Assembly (NCBI GenBank): GCA_903916665.1
Contig: CAIWXP010000007.1
Coordinates: forward strand, 1 to 9,807
Length of the DNA stretch: 9,807 bases
Reading direction: 5' to 3'
Origin: Candidatus Iainarchaeum sp.
Lineage (GTDB): Archaea; Iainarchaeota; Iainarchaeia; Iainarchaeales; 0-14-0-20-30-16
Position 1 is the first letter of the stretch; each line of letters begins with the position of its first letter. The translations under genes and the position numbers were made by a program. Below the pieces are notes generated by a model. It was not told the DNA's origin, did not search any database, and saw nothing but the letters and a program-made list of their open reading frames with translations. Shown here one piece after another: positions 1-6,320 of this stretch.

Positions 1-127
1 AAAACTCTTTTTTAATTTTCAATTCTGTTTTAAATTTAACTTTATCACCAAACTTAAATTCGTTTTTATCATTTGGTTTTATAATTTCAAACTTTAACTC
101 ATATTTTGTTAAATCAAATAATGCCAT
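1..127 (-). CDS. hypothetical protein, N-terminal fragment running off the left edge
   Basis: ATG at 127..125 lies 6 nt after the preceding stop (TAG 136..134). The frame stays open to position 1 and reads MALFDLTKYELKFEIIKPNDKNEFKFGDKVKFKTELKIKKEF. It is missing from the ORF track because no stop falls in the window. No family recognised. Confidence 0.35.
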   Translation of the reverse strand, partial: MALFDLTKYELKFEIIKPNDKNEFKFGDKVKFKTELKIKKEF

Positions 128-133
128 AAAAAT

Positions 134-975
134 CTATTCCAAAATGTTTTTCAACAATTCATTAACATAGTCCATAGGACCATCACCAGTTATCACAATG
201 TCAAATTTATCTTTATATAATTCTAAATGTTTTTCATCTTTTTCATTGTAAAAACCAATGGTGATTTTGACTTTATGTTCTAATCCTTTAGACATATCTA
301 AATCACCTAAAGAATCTCCCAACAAAATTATATTTTCTTTGTGTAATATTTTACTATAAACAGGATCATCTTTAACCGCAATTTCACCTTTATTAAATGT
401 ATGAATTACTTTAGATTTATAACCTAAAACTTTTCCATCAACATTAAAATCATATTCATTAGAAATTATTGAAATATTATTGTATTCTAAATTATTCTTT
501 TTCAAATATCCTCTGATAAAATAACCAGCGCCAGCAGAAAATAATAATATAGGAATTTTATTTTTATTTAATATTTCAAAAAAATCTTTTATTTTATCTC
601 TTAATTTAAATGTACTATTTTGCACAACATCATCCAATACTTGTTTACTTAAACCATATTCTGCTTGTATTTTAATGTGTGTAGTCCACCATTCAACCAT
701 TTTTTCATTTTTAATTTCTTGAGGGATAGTAGGATCAATTTCTATTGGATTATATTGATCATAAAGCGCATAGGCTTTCTTAGTATATTCCTCTCCCAAA
801 TATCCCAAATGCCTTATTTGCGCAATCATTGATTGTACTTTCTTTCCATCAATATACGCTTTACTTAATGTATTATCAAAGTCAGAAATTATATGTAAAT
901 TTTCTTTACCTTTTTTTTAATTTGTTGAATTTTGACATTTAATTGTTTTTCATCTTTAACAAAAACACTATTCAT
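134..975 (-). CDS. HAD-superfamily pyrimidine 5'-nucleotidase (UMPH-1 / cytosolic 5'-nucleotidase III-like); frame interrupted, needing a -1 shift or one extra A in the A8 run
   Basis: The track ORF (134..829) carries LLFSAGAGYF, FNKGE and IILLGDSLGDLDM, which match HAD motifs II-IV of NT5C3-type enzymes (human ...FIFSAGIGD..., ...IILLGDSQGDLRM..., from memory). The same frame continues upstream of Met-829 as KKGKENLHIISDFDNTLSKAYIDGKKVQS. This segment holds the catalytic DxDxT motif I, and the frame closes at TAA 919..917. The only plausible start is ATG 975..973 in another frame (MNSVFVKDEKQLNVKIQQIKKK...), 4 nt after the upstream stop. The two frames meet in the A8 run. Confidence 0.8.
910..918 (-). 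other. frameshift point: A8 homopolymer containing the slippery heptamer A_AAA_AAG
   Basis: The minus-strand mRNA reads CAA ATT AAA AAA AAG GTA AAG AAA ATT TAC ATA TAA, so the zero frame stops at 891..889. A -1 shift after AAG, or an A9 run, gives ...IKKK-GKENLHIISDFDNT... Confidence 0.6.
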
Positions 976-979
976 AAAA

Positions 980-1189
980 TCACTTCTTTTCAGAAACTAA
1001 TTTAGCAAAATGTTTGAAACTTCTATCATAGCTTGCTTCTGCTGTCTTCGACACGTGTGCAAAAACACAACCAGGTAATTCATTGTCTTCTAAATGACTT
1101 TTGATACATTCACAACAAATACCTTTTTTTGCACAATTATAGGTGCAAGTACAATTCTTTTTGTTTAATTCTTTTTTACATTCTGACAT
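980..1189 (-). CDS. small cysteine-rich protein, DUF6485-like (probable metal-binding)
   Basis: 69 aa with 8 Cys in the first 41 residues (C4, C13, C15, C19, C25, C26, C28, C41) in the pattern CxCx3Cx5CCxC. From memory this resembles the DUF6485 family. Its ATG overlaps the truD stop as TAATG. Confidence 0.6.
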   Translation of the reverse strand: MSECKKELNKKNCTCTYNCAKKGICCECIKSHLEDNELPGCVFAHVSKTAEASYDRSFKHFAKLVSEKK

Positions 1190-2421
1190 TAATTATCACA
1201 CTTCATTAATTCATTTAAAACAACAGTTGCATAGGAATTTTTTATTAAATTAAAAGATAATTTTAAATACTTTTTATTTTCATTGTACTCATCATTTCCA
1301 ATCTCTAACACTTTAAAATCAAAAATATCTAATTTAATTGGTCTTGTACTACTTTGAACCGACATTTGCTGAAAACCATTAACTGTAAATTGCTCTAATT
1401 CTATACCTTCGTCTTTCAAAACTTGTCTTTCAATTTCTCCTATAATTCCTTCGGAAAATTTAAAATCTGCACCAAATAATGGTCCTAAAATATTACCTTC
1501 AGAATCTAATTTATCTCCTTTTTGAACTTTGAAAAAATCAGCGCCAAATTTTTCTTGTCTTAAATCTAAATATTTGTTAAAAAGAAAGGATTGATAAGCG
1601 TGAGGAAATAAAATCATTAAGTTTTTTGGTAATTGTTGAAATGCTTTTACAAAATCATTTGGGTCTTTCATCAATGAATTTAATATTGCTCTTTCATAGC
1701 GAAATATGTTTCCTTTTAATTTTTTAAATGCCTCTAAATATTGTTCTTTAGCCGCTAATTCTCTAGCCTCTTTTACTTCTTGATCTTCTCTATCATTTGT
1801 TTTTCCTAAATATAATAATACTGCTTCTTTAGTTTTATTTTGAAAAAATAATTTGCCCACTAAATGAGTAACCTGTCTTATTCCACCAAATCTTTGTTCT
1901 CCAAAATAATTTGGCACACCATTTTTAATTTGTTTTTCAAATTCAGTTATTATAGTTTTTATTTCTTGTTCTTCTAAATCAATCTCTCTAACTATAATTG
2001 TAAAACCATTCCCTTTTAAATCTCCAATTTCTAATTTATTGTTTTGCCACGAAAAATCAAACATTTTAATTTGATTGTATTTAAACTTTTTTAATTGTTC
2101 TAAATTTGGATCAAAAATTGCAACTCTTTGGCAAGTTACTGCTCTTTTATCTTTTAATCCCGAAAAACTAATTCTAGTCTTTCCAAATTTTTGATTTAAT
2201 GCAATACTTTTAATTGCATTTTGAACATCAATATTCACTTTTTGCATTGTACAATGCAAAAATTGTTTATTATGAGGATCACCAGGAATATTGGTATTTT
2301 CGGAAATCCCTTCTGGCAAAATTCTGCAAATAGTTCCATCTAAAGCAATTTCTTGAACTATAAAATCAGTATATCTATGCTTAATTTTACCATTTAATGG
2401 TTTTGACTTTGTAAAATACAT
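1189..2421 (-). CDS. truD: tRNA pseudouridine synthase TruD/Pus7 family
   Basis: 410 aa. Contains the catalytic-Asp motif SGLKDKRAVTCQ and the TruD signature VPNYFGEQRFG. The length is typical of archaeal TruD. Confidence 0.9.
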   Translation of the reverse strand: MYFTKSKPLNGKIKHRYTDFIVQEIALDGTICRILPEGISENTNIPGDPHNKQFLHCTMQKVNIDVQNAIKSIALNQKFGKTRISFSGLKDKRAVTCQRVAIFDPNLEQLKKFKYNQIKMFDFSWQNNKLEIGDLKGNGFTIIVREIDLEEQEIKTIITEFEKQIKNGVPNYFGEQRFGGIRQVTHLVGKLFFQNKTKEAVLLYLGKTNDREDQEVKEARELAAKEQYLEAFKKLKGNIFRYERAILNSLMKDPNDFVKAFQQLPKNLMILFPHAYQSFLFNKYLDLRQEKFGADFFKVQKGDKLDSEGNILGPLFGADFKFSEGIIGEIERQVLKDEGIELEQFTVNGFQQMSVQSSTRPIKLDIFDFKVLEIGNDEYNENKKYLKLSFNLIKNSYATVVLNELMKCDN

Positions 2422-2442
2422 ATTATTAATATATAGGTAAAC

Positions 2443-2478
2443 AAATAAAAATAGGTTTGAAAGGGAAAAACCCTTTCA
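2443..2478 (-). terminator. intrinsic-terminator-like hairpin plus oligo-T tract
   Basis: A perfect 8-bp stem (tgaaaggg 2458..2465 paired with ccctttca 2471..2478) has a 5-nt loop. It sits 8 nt after the stop of the 132-aa ORF. On the transcribed strand it is followed, after 6 nt, by TTTTTATTT (2451..2443). Confidence 0.6.
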
Positions 2479-2486
2479 CTATGATT

Positions 2487-2885
2487 TTAATCTAATTGAA
2501 TGGTTATTTCAAATCCGTCTATGTTTAAAATACACATATCAGTATCTAATTCTATTTCATAATCTTTAAAATATTTATCTAAATATGCTTTAAATTCTTT
2601 GATAAATTTTGAATCAATAACATCGATTCCTTTTCTATCATCATCATATTTTTGTAAACATTCATAAACTTTTTCTTCAACAATATCTCTATTCTTTGTT
2701 GTTGGTTCTCTTTTACCTTCTTTTTTAGGGCTAAAATCTTTTCTTGCCAATTCTTTAATCGGTGCTTTTGAAACTTTCTTTACAGGTGTTAATTGTTTTT
2801 CATTTTTAACACTGTGCATAGGTTTTGGATTCTTTGATTTAGTACCACTATGTCGTGCCTTAGTTCCTTCTTTTTTAAATACCAT
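2487..2885 (-). CDS. hypothetical protein with a lysine-rich, probably disordered N-terminal half and a small C-terminal domain
   Basis: 132-aa ORF containing 25 Lys and 5 Arg. It has an AAGGAG SD upstream and a terminator hairpin downstream. No family recognised. Confidence 0.6.
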   Translation of the reverse strand: MVFKKEGTKARHSGTKSKNPKPMHSVKNEKQLTPVKKVSKAPIKELARKDFSPKKEGKREPTTKNRDIVEEKVYECLQKYDDDRKGIDVIDSKFIKEFKAYLDKYFKDYEIELDTDMCILNIDGFEITIQLD

Positions 2886-2896
2886 AAATATCTTTA

Positions 2897-2902
2897 CTCC
2901 TT
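2897..2902 (-). promoter_or_regulatory. Shine-Dalgarno-like AAGGAG for the 132-aa ORF
   Basis: The minus strand reads aaaggagtaaagatatttATG, giving an 11-nt spacer. Confidence 0.4.
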
Positions 2903-2971
2903 TAAATTTTAAACGATCAAAAAGATCTTTAAATTATAAATAATATTATTCTTTTTATTTAAAAACATATC

Positions 2972-4006
2972 TTAAATTCTTCGTTCTCTTCTTAAATGTT
3001 TTATACCGTGATTCAATATTGATGAATCAACTAGATTTTTTACAATTTCTACTTCATTTTGCGTTAATTTTGCTTGCTTATCTGCATCTAATAATACTGA
3101 AGGGAAACAATAGTCCTTTGCATAGCTAGAAATGTAGGCCATAAACCCTTTGATTTCTTTCATCTTTTCTGCAGAATAATTGTTTTGTAATAATTCTAGT
3201 CTTAGAGGATAATCTTCATTTACTTTAATATAGGATGCATAAAAATTAAATTTTCCATATTCTTGTAAATCATTATAAATTAAATTACTTTCTGTTGCAA
3301 ATATTGGAAAGAAAGATAAGCAGTGATCTTTTTCTAAAATATTATTTAATAAAATAACATCATTTATTGAATTTGAATTTTGTAATAAATCCTTTGGTAA
3401 TAATTTAATAAATGAATTTGCTCGTGAATCTTCAACAGCCCCTAATAATGTTATTGCACTACTATTACAGTAATCATATATTTTTACAAAGTCTTGCAAT
3501 AGATCTTCATAGTCAGTATATAATATCGAATTATTTTGTGGTCTATCAATTGCTTGAGGCAAAACATTTCCATCAATTAATGCATACTCGGGGTTTTTAT
3601 TTTGCAAACCGCAAAATAATAATGCAAGTTCTTCTCGTAGTCTAGAAATAGAAGTAAACTTTTGTATTTCTTCTTTTTGCAGAGCATTTTGTGAAATTTT
3701 TAATTCATAGTTTGGTGCAGGAATTAATTTTTCATATTTAACTAATTTAGAATCATAGTCAAAAAAAGAACCTGCTGTTTTAATATAACAAAAATCTAAA
3801 CCAGTTAAAGAACTACTAAAAAAACCAGAATCACAACCTATAACTTTTCCTTTATTATTGTTAACAATTTTTTGAAGTTGTTCAGATTCAACTAAACCTT
3901 TAACAGAATTGGTTTTCAAAAGATCTTTAATCTTTAGAGCATCTTCTTTGATAGACCCCAAATAGGATGCATACTTATCAACCTGTTGCTTAATATTTGA
4001 AAACAT
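2972..4006 (-). CDS. nurA: NurA-domain 5'-3' nuclease-like protein
   Basis: 344 aa. The motif order resembles NurA as I recall it. It runs VIGCDSG (first acidic site), ALIDGNVLPQ (DGxL-type), LLGAVEDSRANSF (GxxKxS-like strand), YPLRLEL, then C-terminal FPSVLLDADKQAKL (YPxxLxxADxxA-like). Assigned from motifs only, with no alignment run. Confidence 0.6.
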   Translation of the reverse strand: MFSNIKQQVDKYASYLGSIKEDALKIKDLLKTNSVKGLVESEQLQKIVNNNKGKVIGCDSGFFSSSLTGLDFCYIKTAGSFFDYDSKLVKYEKLIPAPNYELKISQNALQKEEIQKFTSISRLREELALLFCGLQNKNPEYALIDGNVLPQAIDRPQNNSILYTDYEDLLQDFVKIYDYCNSSAITLLGAVEDSRANSFIKLLPKDLLQNSNSINDVILLNNILEKDHCLSFFPIFATESNLIYNDLQEYGKFNFYASYIKVNEDYPLRLELLQNNYSAEKMKEIKGFMAYISSYAKDYCFPSVLLDADKQAKLTQNEVEIVKNLVDSSILNHGIKHLRRERRI

Positions 4007-4047
4007 AATAAAATAATACCTTAAGAAGTTAAATGCTTTATGGTTAG

Positions 4048-4060
4048 TTTAATTTAAAAA
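4048..4060. promoter_or_regulatory. AT-rich TATA-like element in the divergent nurA / 158-aa ORF spacer
   Basis: tttaatttaaaaa lies 22-34 nt upstream of ATG 4082, which has no SD, so a leaderless transcript is possible. It lies 42-54 nt upstream of ATG 4006. Confidence 0.25.
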
Positions 4061-4081
4061 CCTAATTAATCTAAATGTATT

Positions 4082-4558
4082 ATGCCAAAAATACCTTTGA
4101 GAGAACGCCTTTCTAGACTAGGGCGATTATTTAGAAGATCTAGACCTTTAACCTTTGAAGAACAATTACATCAAAGAATAGGCAGTAAAGTGCAAACTGT
4201 AGTACAACCATTAATAAGTAATTGGCAAGAAATACCCCTAGAAAAAAGAGAACTTGCAGTTAAAGGATTATATGGTGAACTATTTCAGTCTATGACAACT
4301 GCAAAAGGTTACAATGAACATTATACAACATTGGCAAATTTTTGTTTCTATGTTTTTGCAGATGTAGGTATTTCAGAAGAATCAAAAAAATTAACTGCTA
4401 AATTATTATCTACTATTTTAACTAAAGAAAATCCAAATCCTGCAAAAGCATTATTAGTTCAAAATTTAACAACCATAAGACGATTACCCTCACCAATAAG
4501 ACAGATACTTGCAAAGGGTTTAGACTTAGCAACAAAACATGCAATTGGATTGTACTAA
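4082..4558 (+). CDS. hypothetical protein with an Arg-rich basic N-terminus and helical-repeat-like remainder; compositionally atypical
   Basis: This 158-aa ORF is the only long ORF in an otherwise empty ~550-bp gap. The N-terminus reads MPKIPLRERLSRLGRLFRRSRPL. By my count it has 12 Arg and 12 Lys, whereas the neighbouring genes are strongly Lys-biased. No family recognised. Confidence 0.55.
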   Translation: MPKIPLRERLSRLGRLFRRSRPLTFEEQLHQRIGSKVQTVVQPLISNWQEIPLEKRELAVKGLYGELFQSMTTAKGYNEHYTTLANFCFYVFADVGISEESKKLTAKLLSTILTKENPNPAKALLVQNLTTIRRLPSPIRQILAKGLDLATKHAIGLY

Positions 4559-6241
4559 TTAATTATATTTATCTACACAAATTTCAAAACCAACAACTGG
4601 CATTGTTAAACCAAAATTTGCCAATACTTGAGGATGTATTTCACCAATGTGGCCCTGCAAAGTTTTATTACCTAATTTAAAAGTTACTACAGCAGATCTT
4701 TTAGGAATACACATTACAAAATCCTTTGCTTCATAGTGAATATCCTTTGCATCTATTGCTTTCAAAATTGCATCCAGTCTTTGTTTTGCTTGAGTGTAAC
4801 TCGCCTCATTATGACATAAAGAAACTATTAAATGATTTTCTTCTTTAACAATTTCTTTTCCTTTTAAATCTTTTACAACAAAGGCAACTTTTCCCAATTC
4901 AAAAATATCTTGAGGATAACTATTATGTTGATTTTTAGCTAAAAATTCTAATTGTTCAGGCAATAACCGCTCTCTAAATATTTGCATACTTTCTGACATT
5001 GGATTTGCTATTTCAACACAGTTAATATTTTCTTTTTTAATAAGCAAATTAGCATATTGTTTTTTTATACTTGTTAATGTAAATGTTATTATTTCTTGTA
5101 AACCCAAACCAATACTTGCTTCTTTAACTAAATTATTAAACTCAGTTGAAGGTAATATTTTACCTGTTGTTGCTTGACTAAATTTAACTGGTCGCAAAAC
5201 ATTATAACCATATTCAATAATTAAATCTTCAATAATGTCTACACTATGTAAAATATCTTGTCTATATTTAGGATATTGAACAATTACTTTATTTCCTAGA
5301 ATCTTAACATTGAAATGTTTTCTTTCCAAGAATTCAGAAATTTGAGCATCTATTAATGGTTCGCCCAAAAATTCAAATATTTTATTTTTATCAATTACAA
5401 TTTCTCCTGGTGTCATATCCAATGAAACAAATGATTTCTTTTCATCAATATAATTTACAGTAATACTTTCTGCTTTAGCTCCTCTATCAACAAAGGCCAA
5501 AGCACAAATTAATAAAACTATATCTATCTTTTCTTGATTCTTTCCTGTAACTTCTAAAAATAAATCTTGTAATCCTAATTCTACTTTTCCTGAATCATTT
5601 GAATTAACTATTGGAGGAAAGGACATTATTTTTCCTTCTTCATCAATCCAAACAGGATATTTATCCATATCTTTTAATAAATGTGCAAATTCTTTTCCTT
5701 TAGGATGAACCTGTAAAACTTCTTCTAATGTCATTTCCGAATCATAGCCTAAAGGTTTAAATTTTGTTTTTTTATCCACAACAGTATATCTTAATCTTTT
5801 ACCATTTACTTTATTTAAAGCATAAATTCCCAATGCAAATTCGCTTCTTTTTCTTCCAAAGGTATTACAAATCTTTTCTTGTAAATTTATCATACTAATT
5901 AACAAATCTTCAGTTACATTAACCTGTCTAATTATTGCCGATGCTTCTTTTGGATTTAAATTGTTTTTGCCCGACACATCAACACTATAATCACTCTTTG
6001 AAAATTTATATTTGGGAAGCCCTTTTTCTAAACCCAAATGAGCTTTTAATTCTCTTACTATACCTTCAACACTCCACAAATCTGGTCTATTAGAATCAGT
6101 AATATCAACGGTTATTTGGCCATCAACATTATCATCTAATTCTCCTTTTGCAGGCAAAAAATATATTTCTAATTGACTATCATCCACATCAAAACCCATT
6201 AAATTTTCAAAATCTCTTTTACTAAATGTAATGTTCGGCAT
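4559..6241 (-). CDS. pheT: phenylalanine--tRNA ligase beta subunit, archaeal/eukaryal type
   Basis: 560 aa, N-terminus MPNITFSKRDFENLMGF. It has the B3_4-like segment FALGIYALNKVNGKRLRY. Length and layout are typical of archaeal PheT, and it lies directly downstream of pheS. Confidence 0.9.
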   Translation of the reverse strand: MPNITFSKRDFENLMGFDVDDSQLEIYFLPAKGELDDNVDGQITVDITDSNRPDLWSVEGIVRELKAHLGLEKGLPKYKFSKSDYSVDVSGKNNLNPKEASAIIRQVNVTEDLLISMINLQEKICNTFGRKRSEFALGIYALNKVNGKRLRYTVVDKKTKFKPLGYDSEMTLEEVLQVHPKGKEFAHLLKDMDKYPVWIDEEGKIMSFPPIVNSNDSGKVELGLQDLFLEVTGKNQEKIDIVLLICALAFVDRGAKAESITVNYIDEKKSFVSLDMTPGEIVIDKNKIFEFLGEPLIDAQISEFLERKHFNVKILGNKVIVQYPKYRQDILHSVDIIEDLIIEYGYNVLRPVKFSQATTGKILPSTEFNNLVKEASIGLGLQEIITFTLTSIKKQYANLLIKKENINCVEIANPMSESMQIFRERLLPEQLEFLAKNQHNSYPQDIFELGKVAFVVKDLKGKEIVKEENHLIVSLCHNEASYTQAKQRLDAILKAIDAKDIHYEAKDFVMCIPKRSAVVTFKLGNKTLQGHIGEIHPQVLANFGLTMPVVGFEICVDKYN

Positions 6242-6318
6242 TAAACCACCTCAAATTTATGGTTTAATGTATCTGTTTGAAATTTTGAATATTTTGTGAA
6301 AAATTTTAAACTGTGCAT
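6241..6318 (-). other. candidate translated mini-ORF (25 codons) bridging pheS and pheT
   Basis: ATG 6318..6316 lies 2 nt after the pheS stop. The peptide is MHSLKFFTKYSKFQTDTLNHKFEVV. Its stop TAA 6243..6241 overlaps the pheT ATG as TAATG. AAGGTG sits 5 nt upstream of its ATG. Confidence 0.3.
6247..6252 (-). promoter_or_regulatory. Shine-Dalgarno GAGGTG for pheT
   Basis: GAGGTG-GTTTA-ATG with a 5-nt spacer. It is complementary to the conserved archaeal 16S 3' end (..CACCUCC..). Confidence 0.6.
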
Positions 6319-6320
6319 AT

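Noticed and set aside
884-905. Imperfect inverted repeat AGAAAATT..AATTTCT starting 5 nt downstream of the slippery run, as a possible frameshift stimulator
   Set aside because: It forms only about 7 bp, almost all A-U, with a bulge. That is too weak to call a stimulatory structure by eye.
2921-2950. Short palindromes aaagatcttt (2921..2930) and aataatattatt (2939..2950)
   Set aside because: These are AT-dominated 10-12-mers in an AT-rich spacer. They are expected by chance or as generic TATA-like promoter sequence, with no repeated copies elsewhere in the window.
2909-2968. 19-codon mini-ORF (MFLNKKNNIIYNLKIFLIV) in the nurA / 132-aa ORF spacer
   Set aside because: It has no SD and no junction overlap with flanking genes, and it is made of AT-only codons. 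It is best viewed as a chance ORF, and it serves as a baseline for judging the pheS-pheT mini-ORF.
3412-3645. 77-aa plus-strand ORF from the track
   Set aside because: It lies entirely antisense within the NurA-like gene. The peptide is low-complexity and Leu/Tyr/His-rich, with no start context. It is a shadow ORF.
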